Assembly: GCA_964582005.1 (NCBI GenBank)
Contig: CAZOQL010000001.1
Coordinates: forward strand, 236 to 64,235
DNA: 64,000 nucleotides
Reading direction: 5' to 3'
Origin: an uncultured Flavobacteriaceae bacterium
GTDB taxonomy: Bacteria; Bacteroidota; Bacteroidia; Flavobacteriales; Flavobacteriaceae
The notes under the pieces were generated by a model that worked only from the letters and a program-made list of their open reading frames with translations, made no database searches and was not told where the DNA came from. Each line of letters starts with the position of its first letter. The first letter of the stretch is position 1. The position numbers were made by a program, and so were the translations under genes. This document shows positions 38,843 to 47,360 of this stretch, in pieces.

Positions 38843-39535
38843 TTAATTATTTTTAAAATATACTAAGTAATGTTTTAATCTTTCTTCTATCATTGCTGAT
38901 ACTCCATCTGCAGTAATTGTTCCTCCAGACAAACCATCAACTCCATGTTTATTACTTTCAGGTGTTCCTCCTTTTATTACTTTTACTGATACGAATTCAG
39001 ATCCTTTCATAATTTGATCGCCTATAAACCTTTCTTCAAACCAAGATTGGTTTATTTCTGCTCCTAAACCTGGTGTTTCTCCTTTATGGTCAAAAGATGC
39101 TCCTACAATGGTGTTTTCATCATCCGCAAAAGCCATATAACCCCAAATTGAATCCCATAATCCAGCACCATATAAAGGGATAATGTAGAATTTTTTTCCT
39201 TCTTTTTCAGCTACATAAATAGGGAAACGTTGTTCTTCTACAGGTTTTTTGATTTCGTGTTTTAAATTTACTTTAAAAGCTTCCACATTTTCATCAACAG
39301 TTCCGTCAGCTCTTAAAGATAGTTTTTGTTTAATATATATTGGATAAATCTCTCCTGCTTCCTCTCTACTTACATCAATTCCAATAGTAGATAAGATATT
39401 TTGCATTTTTTCTAACTTTACATTACTTGCACGTCTTTCTTTGGTACTTTCGGATACAAAAGCTAGTAAAGAAGCTACAGTAACCACTAAAATAATGGCA
39501 AAAATAAAAGTATATGCATTAGAATTTCTGTTCAT
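38843..39535 (-). CDS. nqrC: Na+-NQR subunit C
   Basis: 230 aa with an N-terminal TM helix. ETPGLGA and GLSGGTIT (FMN attachment-type motif). Confidence 0.9.
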   Translation of the reverse strand: MNRNSNAYTFIFAIILVVTVASLLAFVSESTKERRASNVKLEKMQNILSTIGIDVSREEAGEIYPIYIKQKLSLRADGTVDENVEAFKVNLKHEIKKPVEEQRFPIYVAEKEGKKFYIIPLYGAGLWDSIWGYMAFADDENTIVGASFDHKGETPGLGAEINQSWFEERFIGDQIMKGSEFVSVKVIKGGTPESNKHGVDGLSGGTITADGVSAMIEERLKHYLVYFKNN

Positions 39536-39537
39536 AA

Positions 39538-40692
39538 CTATGCTTTTTTGAGTTTTAATCTTTTTTGTCTGCGTTTAATGTTTCCATTAATTACATAATG
39601 GTCAATAGTTGGCGCAAATACATTCATAAGTAATATTGCCATCATTACACCTTCTGGTAAGGTTGGGTTTACTACACGTATTAGTATAGAAAAGACACCA
39701 ATTAAGAAACCATAAATCCATTTTCCTTTATTTGTTTGTGCGCCAGAAACAGGGTCTGTTGCCATAAATACAATACCAAAAGCAAAACCACCAACTAATA
39801 AGTGTTCATACCAAGAAAAGTTAAATAAATCATTTGTTTCACTTCCAATTGCATTAAACATTAGTCCAACTAAAGAAGCTCCTATAACAGCAGATAACAT
39901 AATTCTCCAACTTGCAACCTTTGTAAGTAATAAGATTGCTGCTCCAATTAATATCATTAAAACAGATGTTTCACCAACCGAACCAGGCATATAACCCATA
40001 AACATATTAAATATACTAGTTGAAGTTTCTTTTCCTAAAGCTAAAGTTCCTAAAATAGTTTCACCTGATAATCCGTCAATTCCAGCATCAGCAACCCAAA
40101 CTTTATCTCCACTCATAAAACCTGTATATGAGAAAAGAGCAAAGGCTCTAGCTACTAAAGCAGGGTTTAAAATATTCATTCCTGTTCCTCCAAAAGTTTC
40201 TTTACCAATAACAACGGCAAAAACAACGGAAACTGCCAACATCCATAAAGGCATATCAATTGGCATAATCATAGGGATTAACATTCCTGTTACTAAATAC
40301 CCTTCGTTTACATCATGACCTCTATAAATAGCGAAAGCAAATTCAATACCTAAACCAACTCCGTAAGAAACGAGTATCATTGGCAACATTCTTAATGCTC
40401 CATAGGTAAATAGAGTTATAAAACTCATATCTGAACCTGGAACTTGTAAAAAATGTTGGTAACCAATATTCCACATTCCAAAAAATAATGCAGGAAGTAG
40501 CGCTATCACCACAGTGATCATTAAACGCTTTAAATCGGTTGCATCACGAATGTGCGCTCCTTTATGAGTAGTATGATTTGGAGTGAATAGAAAAGTATCT
40601 ATTCCGAAAAATGCTGGTGCAAATTTTTCATACTTTCCACCTTTATCAAAAAGCGGTTTTATTTTATCTAATTGTTTTCTTAAAAATTTCAT
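39538..40692 (-). CDS. nqrB: Na+-NQR subunit B
   Basis: 384 aa polytopic protein. GLSGETILG FMN-site-like motif. Operon position fits. Confidence 0.9.
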   Translation of the reverse strand: MKFLRKQLDKIKPLFDKGGKYEKFAPAFFGIDTFLFTPNHTTHKGAHIRDATDLKRLMITVVIALLPALFFGMWNIGYQHFLQVPGSDMSFITLFTYGALRMLPMILVSYGVGLGIEFAFAIYRGHDVNEGYLVTGMLIPMIMPIDMPLWMLAVSVVFAVVIGKETFGGTGMNILNPALVARAFALFSYTGFMSGDKVWVADAGIDGLSGETILGTLALGKETSTSIFNMFMGYMPGSVGETSVLMILIGAAILLLTKVASWRIMLSAVIGASLVGLMFNAIGSETNDLFNFSWYEHLLVGGFAFGIVFMATDPVSGAQTNKGKWIYGFLIGVFSILIRVVNPTLPEGVMMAILLMNVFAPTIDHYVINGNIKRRQKRLKLKKA

Positions 40693-40720
40693 GTGTAAAT
40701 TTTATGTCTGTTTTTTTTTA

Positions 40721-40753
40721 CTAAAGACCAAAGATTATAGTCTAAAGACTAAC
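40721..40753. repeat. AAAGAC-type repeats and palindrome in the nqrA-nqrB spacer
   Basis: CTAAAGAC CAAAGATT ATAGTCTAAAGACTAAC. TAGTCT-AA-AGACTA at 40738-40751 is a perfect inverted repeat. Confidence 0.7.
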
Positions 40754-42096
40754 TATCCTACTTCAGCAATCATTAAATCCAATCCTTTTCTAATAATATC
40801 TTGAACTTCAATTTTTGATGTACAGACGTAGTCAACTAAAGCAAAATCTTCTGGAGCAACTTCATAAATTCCTAATTGTTCCATTCTGTCAATATCTCCA
40901 ATCATAGCTGCCTTAATTAGCTGCATAGGATAAACATCAATTGGCATCACTTTTTCCATTTCACCAGTTACCACAAAAGCTCTTTCTTCTCCATTTAAAT
41001 TAGTATTTAGCCTATATTCTTTTTTTGGGAATAAAAAAGAGAAAGAGGTACGAGCTACACTATGAATATAATTATCTTTAAAAGGCACCCAACCCATAAA
41101 ACGATACTGGTTTCCTTCAGGTAAAACAGTAACTTCGTTAATATTAAAACTAATACTATCTTTGGTTGTAACAGCTTTTCCTGTTAGTGGATTTCCGTTA
41201 ATAATTCTAATATTATCAGACGCTAATTTATCTTTAGTAAAATTAACCATACTTGTTCCTGGTTTTACTTGATAATATTTTGGGTTAGTAACTTCAGACC
41301 CTGCTAATGCAACTATTCTTGTGGTATCAAAATTTCCTGTTAGAAAAAAGTTTCCAATAATAGCTACATCTTGAGCATTAACAGTCCAAACTCTATCGCC
41401 TGAATTTATAGGGTCTATTTTAGAAATTTGTACACCAACATTTCCTGCAGGATGTTTTCCTGTTACATTATGTATTGAAACTCCTTTAATGTTATTTAAA
41501 AAAGATTTTCCTTGTACAGAAAGGTGTACTTTACCTTCGGTTAATTTTGTTAAAGCATCAATTCCTGCTTGAAAAGCAACTTCTTTACCTTGTAATGTAA
41601 CTGCTGTATCTGCTGCTAATGGCGCAGTATCAAATCCCGAAACAAAAATTGCTTTTGGCGTATCTGTTGGATTTGCCAATGTATCGTAAGGCCTTTGATT
41701 AATAAAAGCCCAACAACCGCTTTCTAATAAAGCTTTCTTTACTTGAATACCTGTTAAATTATCTACTGTTTTTTTACCAAAGTCTTTATAAGTGTCTTTA
41801 GTATCTGCTTTAATAGTTAATGCTAAAATTTTACGCTTTGCTCCACGAATAATAGCAGTCAATTCACCACTAACTGGTGAAGTGAACTTTAGCTCTTCAT
41901 TAGATTTTGAATAGAACAAAACATCACCTGCCAATAATGTTGCACCTACTTTAACAGCAAGTTTGGGTGTTATTCCGTGAAAATCGGTTGGGTAAATAGT
42001 AAAAACTTTAGAACGAGTGGACGTTTCAATGTCGTTTGAAGCTGTTCCTTTTAGCTTAATAGTTAAGCCTTTTTTAATTTTTATGTCTGTAGACAT
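40753..42096 (-). CDS. nqrA: Na+-NQR subunit A
   Basis: 447 aa soluble subunit. IKIKKGLTIKL N-terminus. First gene of the nqr operon. Confidence 0.9.
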   Translation of the reverse strand: MSTDIKIKKGLTIKLKGTASNDIETSTRSKVFTIYPTDFHGITPKLAVKVGATLLAGDVLFYSKSNEELKFTSPVSGELTAIIRGAKRKILALTIKADTKDTYKDFGKKTVDNLTGIQVKKALLESGCWAFINQRPYDTLANPTDTPKAIFVSGFDTAPLAADTAVTLQGKEVAFQAGIDALTKLTEGKVHLSVQGKSFLNNIKGVSIHNVTGKHPAGNVGVQISKIDPINSGDRVWTVNAQDVAIIGNFFLTGNFDTTRIVALAGSEVTNPKYYQVKPGTSMVNFTKDKLASDNIRIINGNPLTGKAVTTKDSISFNINEVTVLPEGNQYRFMGWVPFKDNYIHSVARTSFSFLFPKKEYRLNTNLNGEERAFVVTGEMEKVMPIDVYPMQLIKAAMIGDIDRMEQLGIYEVAPEDFALVDYVCTSKIEVQDIIRKGLDLMIAEVG

Positions 42097-42128
42097 TTGC
42101 TTTTTGAATTAGGTTCTTAAAAACGATG

Positions 42129-42136
42129 CAAATTTA
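42129..42136 (-). promoter_or_regulatory. Candidate -7 box for the nqrABCDEF operon
   Basis: The reverse strand reads TAAATTTG, with 32 nt to ATG 42096. Confidence 0.45.
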
Positions 42137-42326
42137 CTTCTTTTTATAGAAGTAAAATATACAAAATTGCTATTTATATTCATTCTAAATAATTAAAATA
42201 TAGCTCTCTATTTATAATTTGTAAAATCAGCGAAATTTGATGTATTCAAAAAAAATTGAACTTAAATTAATTTACGTATTATTGCGGTATAGTAATTGTA
42301 TTAAAACAAGTTAAACCAACTAATTA

Positions 42327-43574
42327 ATGATTAAAAAACATTTTACAGCACTTCTATTTTTAATACCCCTTTTTTTATTTTCGCAAGATAATTTTGAAGT
42401 ATTAGAGCCGTCTTATATCAAATCGGTTACCTTGCATGCAAGAAAGGTAAATGCATTTGTTCCCATAATTAAACTTGGAGAGGCTTTAGAATTTACCTTT
42501 GATGATCTAGAAGGTGATGATAAAGAATATACATACAAAGTTTCTCATTGTACGTATAATTGGGAAAAATCTAATCTTAGCTCTACAGAATTTAGTACTG
42601 GTTTTGCAGAGGATAGAATCCGTACTTCGACAAATTCTTTTAACACGTATCAAGATTATACTCATTATCAATTATTCATTCCCAATCAAAATTTTCGTAT
42701 AAAAATAAGTGGTAATTATTTAATTTCGATTTTAGATGAAGAGGAAGAGGTTATTTTTACAAGACGTTTTATAGTGTATGAACCAAAAGTTGATGTTGGT
42801 GTTAGTATCCATAAAGCACGAAAAATTGCAAATATTTCCACCAAACAAAATGTAGAGTTTGTGATTAATCATCCTAATTTACGAATTAACAACCCTAGCA
42901 AAGAAATACAAATTGCTATTTATCAAAATAACGATTGGAATAAAGTAATAACTAATTTAAAACCACAATTTTTTCGTGGAACGCAATTAATTTATAAGTA
43001 TGGATCAAAAACTACTTTTTTTGGTGGTAATGAATATCTATACTTTGATAGCAAAGATGTAAGAAACGCAACTAATAATATTCGTAGAGTGGTTCTTAAT
43101 GATTTATATGAGACAAGGTTATACGTAGATCAAACAAGAATCAATAAGCCTTATACTTACAATCCTGATGTTAATGGTAAATTTTTTCCTCGAAGTATTA
43201 ATGTAGACAATACTTCGTATGAAGCCGAATATACTAAGGTACATTTTGCATTCCAAAATTATGAAAACATAGCAAAAAGTTCTCAATTATATGTATACGG
43301 CGCATTTAATAATTGGCAGTTGACTACGGAAAACAAATTGACTTATAACGACAATACGCAATTATATGAAACAGATATAATACTAAAACAAGGTTTTTAT
43401 AATTATACTTATGTTCTAGTTAATGAAAATTTTGAAATTGACACTACTTTTGAAGGCACACATTTTCAAACTGAAAACGAATATCAAGTACTGGTTTATT
43501 ACAGAAAATTTGGTAGTAAATATACACAAGTAATCGGTTTAGGCGCTGGTAGCTCTGTTAATTTACAGAATTAA
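42327..43574 (+). CDS. Secreted DUF5103-type protein (T9SS plug-protein-like)
   Basis: Signal peptide. IKSV...PIIKLGE.LEFTFDDLEGDDKEYTYKVSHCTYNWEKS...SGNYLISI matches my memory of the DUF5103/T9SS_plug N-domain pattern. Not verified by search. Confidence 0.5.
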   Translation: MIKKHFTALLFLIPLFLFSQDNFEVLEPSYIKSVTLHARKVNAFVPIIKLGEALEFTFDDLEGDDKEYTYKVSHCTYNWEKSNLSSTEFSTGFAEDRIRTSTNSFNTYQDYTHYQLFIPNQNFRIKISGNYLISILDEEEEVIFTRRFIVYEPKVDVGVSIHKARKIANISTKQNVEFVINHPNLRINNPSKEIQIAIYQNNDWNKVITNLKPQFFRGTQLIYKYGSKTTFFGGNEYLYFDSKDVRNATNNIRRVVLNDLYETRLYVDQTRINKPYTYNPDVNGKFFPRSINVDNTSYEAEYTKVHFAFQNYENIAKSSQLYVYGAFNNWQLTTENKLTYNDNTQLYETDIILKQGFYNYTYVLVNENFEIDTTFEGTHFQTENEYQVLVYYRKFGSKYTQVIGLGAGSSVNLQN

Positions 43575-43960
43575 TCTAATCGTTCTATTAATTCACCAAT
43601 ATTTGGGAAATTTTTATAAATATTAATAAAAGTAATTGCTTTTTCTAACTTTTGATACTCGTTGTCTGATAAAGGAATTGGATAGTTAGTTATCGTAAAT
43701 TTAGGATCACTATAAGAATGATATTTTTTATTGACTACAATTATTGGTGCTTTAAAACCTAAACTATTGTTCTTTAATCTTCTTAAATCTAATTCAATTG
43801 ATCTTTTGCTACACTTTATTTTAGTAGCATCGTATTTTTTCAATTCCTTAGCACAAGCTTTCATTAAATCTTCAATGGTATGCTTTTTCTTTTGTAAACA
43901 TTCATCAATCACTTTAATACGAATTAAAGCAAATTTACCTAGTGTTTTTTTAGTTTTCAT
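43571..43960 (-). CDS. Short HTH protein resembling the N-terminal domain of Bacteroidota WYL-family regulators (no WYL domain)
   Basis: 129 aa. ALIRIKVIDECL...SKRSIELDLRRL...FKAPIIV..KKYHSYSDPKFTI...PLSDNEYQKLEKAI follows the ALIRY..iD.C...TIe.Di..l...aPI...Y.Y.dp.fsI pattern of that family. It ends about 20 aa later. Confidence 0.45.
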   Translation of the reverse strand: MKTKKTLGKFALIRIKVIDECLQKKKHTIEDLMKACAKELKKYDATKIKCSKRSIELDLRRLKNNSLGFKAPIIVVNKKYHSYSDPKFTITNYPIPLSDNEYQKLEKAITFINIYKNFPNIGELIERLD

Positions 43961-43981
43961 ATTTTATATTTTATATTTTAT
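43961..43981. repeat. (ATTTTAT)x3 microrepeat
   Basis: Three perfect tandem heptamers fill the 24-bp spacer between the hflX stop and the start of the 129-aa HTH gene. Confidence 0.8.
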
Positions 43982-43984
43982 AAT

Positions 43985-45199
43985 TTACAATTCTCCATTT
44001 TCATCATATTCTTGGTATAAATAATCATGATAAGGAAAACGTGTTTTATGAATCGTCTTTACTGCTTCGTAAACTTTCGCTTTAAAGTCTTCTAAATTTT
44101 CTTTATTTAATGCCGATATAAAAATAGTTTTATTATCTGTTTTGTTCATCCACGTTTTCTCCCATTCTTCTAAGGTATAATGAATTTCTGATTTTTCGGT
44201 AATTAAATCATCTTCTGCAATAGTTTCATGTGTGTAAGCGTCTATTTTATTAAACACCATTAAAGTGGTTTTATCCAAACATTTAATATCGGATAAAATA
44301 CTATTTACCGATGCAATATGATCTTCAAAATTTTTATGCGAAATATCTACAATATGTAATAACAAATCGGCCTCTCTAACCTCATCTAAAGTAGACTTAA
44401 AAGATTCTACCAATTGTGTTGGCAGTTTGCGAATAAAACCAACGGTATCGGTTAATAAAAAAGGGATGTTTTTAACCACTACTTTTCTAACCGTAGTATC
44501 TAATGTTGCAAAGAGTTTATTCTCAGCAAAAACATCGGATTTACTAACCACATTCATTAAAGTAGATTTGCCAACATTAGTGTAACCGACTAGTGCAACA
44601 CGAACCATTTTTCCACGATTTTTACGTTGTACTGCCATTTGTTTATCAATAGCTTTTAGTTTTCTACCTAATAAAGTAATTTTATCTCTAATAATTCTTC
44701 TATCGGTTTCTATTTCCGTTTCTCCAGGGCCACGCATACCAATACCACCTTTTTGCTTATCTAAGTGTGTCCATAAACGGGTTAATCTTGGTAGTAAATA
44801 ATTACATTGCGCTAATTCTACTTGCGTTTTTGCATACGATGTTTGGGCTCTTTGAGCAAAAATATCTAATATTAAATTAGTTCTATCTAATACTTTATTA
44901 TCTATAACTTTTTCGATATTTCTACCTTGTGATGGACTTAATTCATCATCAAAAATTACCGTTTCTATATGGTGTTCTACCATATATAGAGCAATTTCGT
45001 CTAATTTACCTGATCCAATATAGGTTTTCGTATCTGGTTTAGTCATTTTTTGTAAAAAACGTTTTGCCGTTTTTCCGCCAGCTGTTAATGCTAAGAACTC
45101 TAATTCATCTAAATACTCATTTGATTTCTCTTCATTCTGTTCTTGTGTAATAACACCAACTAAAATTACCCTTTCAAGGCTTTTCCTCTTTTCTAACAT
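43985..45199 (-). CDS. hflX: GTPase HflX
   Basis: GVGMRGPGETEIETDRR-like segment (GGIGMRGPGETEIETDRR), GYTNVGKSTLMN G1 motif, DTVGF and NKID. Confidence 0.9.
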   Translation of the reverse strand: MLEKRKSLERVILVGVITQEQNEEKSNEYLDELEFLALTAGGKTAKRFLQKMTKPDTKTYIGSGKLDEIALYMVEHHIETVIFDDELSPSQGRNIEKVIDNKVLDRTNLILDIFAQRAQTSYAKTQVELAQCNYLLPRLTRLWTHLDKQKGGIGMRGPGETEIETDRRIIRDKITLLGRKLKAIDKQMAVQRKNRGKMVRVALVGYTNVGKSTLMNVVSKSDVFAENKLFATLDTTVRKVVVKNIPFLLTDTVGFIRKLPTQLVESFKSTLDEVREADLLLHIVDISHKNFEDHIASVNSILSDIKCLDKTTLMVFNKIDAYTHETIAEDDLITEKSEIHYTLEEWEKTWMNKTDNKTIFISALNKENLEDFKAKVYEAVKTIHKTRFPYHDYLYQEYDENGEL

Positions 45200-45203
45200 A
45201 GTA

Positions 45204-45211
45204 CAAAGGTA
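45204..45211 (-). promoter_or_regulatory. Candidate -7 box immediately upstream of hflX
   Basis: The reverse strand reads TACCTTTG, with only 4 nt (TACT) before ATG 45199. Confidence 0.3.
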
Positions 45212-45296
45212 GGTTTTTTAAAAATAAAGAAAAAGAAATACAGTACAAGTAAATTTTTTTTGTACATTTAAAGTTCTAATACTATTATTTTATAAC

Positions 45297-46259
45297 TTGA
45301 CGAACTCAGAAAACAAAAAAGATATTTTCACTATTGGTTTTTATAATCTAGAGAACTTATTTGATACCATGGATGATCCTGAAACATTTGATGATGCATT
45401 TACTCCTGATGGAGAAAAAAAATGGACACCAAGGCGTTACAAAAAAAAAGTAAAACGCTTAGCAAAAGCAATTTCAACTATTGGAGATGATTCAACTAAA
45501 CATCCGCCAGTTATTTTGGGCATTGCTGAAGTAGAAACCTACGAAGTGGTTTTAGACTTAATTAAAACACCTTATTTGATAGATTATAATTACGGTATTG
45601 TACATTACGATTCGCCCGATGAAAGAGGTATTGAAGTCGCCTTTTTATACCGAAAGAAGTATTTTGAATTACTAGATTCTCGACCTTATTATATTCAATT
45701 CGAAAAAGAAATAGGTAATATAGATTATACAAGAGATGTACTTTTAGTAAAAGGAAATCTTAATGGTGAATTAATGTATTTTATTGTAAATCACTGGCCA
45801 TCAAGAAGAAGTGGCATTAAAGAATCGGAACAGAAACGTATCATAAATGCCGAATTAGTACAAAAAATTATTAGTGATGTTATGGAAGAAACACCAGATG
45901 CTAAGATAATTATTATGGGCGATTTTAACGATAATCCAACAGATATTAGTATAAAACAAACGCTAGTTACTGACCAATTATACAACCCAATGGAGTCTCT
46001 TTACGAAAAAGGTATGGGAACTTCTATTCACCAAGGGAAATGGCATTTGTTTGATCAAATTATTATAACAAAAAATTTCTTAAAAGAAAATACACATCAA
46101 TTTACACACGCCAATATATATTGTAAACATTTTTTAAAAGATAAATACGGTAAATATATTGAGGATCCATTTAGAACTTATAAAGGCAGATGGTATAAAG
46201 GTGGTATTAGTGACCATTTTCCTATCTATATTAGTTTAGAACATAAAAAAGAGGCTTAG
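45297..46259 (+). CDS. Endonuclease/exonuclease/phosphatase (EEP) family protein
   Basis: FYNLENLFD N-terminus, NHWPSRR, MGDFND and SDHFPI catalytic motifs. TTG start. No signal peptide. Confidence 0.65.
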   Translation: MTNSENKKDIFTIGFYNLENLFDTMDDPETFDDAFTPDGEKKWTPRRYKKKVKRLAKAISTIGDDSTKHPPVILGIAEVETYEVVLDLIKTPYLIDYNYGIVHYDSPDERGIEVAFLYRKKYFELLDSRPYYIQFEKEIGNIDYTRDVLLVKGNLNGELMYFIVNHWPSRRSGIKESEQKRIINAELVQKIISDVMEETPDAKIIIMGDFNDNPTDISIKQTLVTDQLYNPMESLYEKGMGTSIHQGKWHLFDQIIITKNFLKENTHQFTHANIYCKHFLKDKYGKYIEDPFRTYKGRWYKGGISDHFPIYISLEHKKEA

Positions 46260-46265
46260 TTTACG

Positions 46266-47360
46266 ATGACCGAAGATCTTTTATATTTATTAGCATTGCA
46301 AAAAGCGGAAGGAATTGGCGATATTAACGCTAAAAAACTAATTAAACACTGTGGAAGTGCAAAAGCTGTTTTTAAAGAAAAAGCAAGTAACTTACTAAAA
46401 ATTGATGGTGTAGGAACACATAAATTAAAAGGTTTAAAAGATAAATCGCTCTTTTCAAAAGCCGAAAAAGAAATAACATTTATTGTTGAAAATAATATTA
46501 AAACCACTTCTTTTTTAGATACGGATTTTCCTAGTAATTTAAAACACGGTGTTGATAGCCCTATACTTATTTTTCAAAAAGGAAATATAAATTTTAAGCA
46601 ACAACGTATCATTAGTATTGTTGGCACACGTAATATTACCAATTATGGACGTAGTTTTTTAAAAACATTAATGACCGATATTGCAAAATACAATCCTATA
46701 ATTGTTAGCGGTCTTGCTTATGGTGTAGATATTTTAGCACATCAATTAGCTATAGAAAATAATTTACAAACGGTGGCTGTATTAGCACACGGTTTAGATA
46801 GAGTTTACCCTAGCAAACATCAAAAAGAAGCACTTAAAATGCAAGAAAATGGCGGTTTAGTAACCGATTTTTGGAGTGGAACCACACCAGAGAGAAACAA
46901 TTTTGTGAAGAGAAATAGGATAGTTGCTGGTTTATCTAGAGCAACTGTTGTCATTGAATCCGCTGAAAAAGGCGGTTCGTTAATTACTGCTGATATTGCC
47001 AATTCGTACAATAGAGATGTGTTTGCATTACCAGGAAGAGTAAGCGATTTATACAGCAAAGGCTGTAATAATTTAATAAAAACAAATAAAGCAGCTTTAC
47101 TACAATCGGCTAAAGATTTAGCTTATTTATTAAATTGGGAAGAAACCAAACCAAAAGCTATTCAAAAACAATTGTTTGTTGATTTAGATAAAACAGAAGC
47201 TCTTATTTATAATTATCTATTAAAAGAAGGCAAACAAACCTTAGATATAATTGCCTTACATAATAATTTACCTATTTATAAAATATCTAGTTTACTTTTA
47301 ACTTTAGAATTAAAAGGTGTTGTTAGACCTTTACATGGTAAAGTTTTTGAGGCTATTTAA
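46266..47360 (+). CDS. dprA: DNA-processing protein DprA
   Basis: ISIVGTRN, SGLAYGVDILAHQ, GGLVTDF and RNRIVAGLS Rossmann-like DprA motifs, plus a C-terminal winged-helix. Confidence 0.9.
   Translation: MTEDLLYLLALQKAEGIGDINAKKLIKHCGSAKAVFKEKASNLLKIDGVGTHKLKGLKDKSLFSKAEKEITFIVENNIKTTSFLDTDFPSNLKHGVDSPILIFQKGNINFKQQRIISIVGTRNITNYGRSFLKTLMTDIAKYNPIIVSGLAYGVDILAHQLAIENNLQTVAVLAHGLDRVYPSKHQKEALKMQENGGLVTDFWSGTTPERNNFVKRNRIVAGLSRATVVIESAEKGGSLITADIANSYNRDVFALPGRVSDLYSKGCNNLIKTNKAALLQSAKDLAYLLNWEETKPKAIQKQLFVDLDKTEALIYNYLLKEGKQTLDIIALHNNLPIYKISSLLLTLELKGVVRPLHGKVFEAI

Noticed and set aside
38320-38856. 178-aa + strand ORF across nqrD (and similar long antisense ORFs at 27963-28331 in infB and 29722-30048 near nusA/rimP)
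   Set aside because: They are antisense to highly conserved genes, and the long open frames are explained by codon bias of the sense genes. There is no independent support.
43961-43981. (ATTTTAT)x3 as a CRISPR-like or phase-variable repeat
   Set aside because: It has only three 7-nt units in a 24-bp spacer and no spacers or cas genes. It is recorded as a microrepeat feature only.
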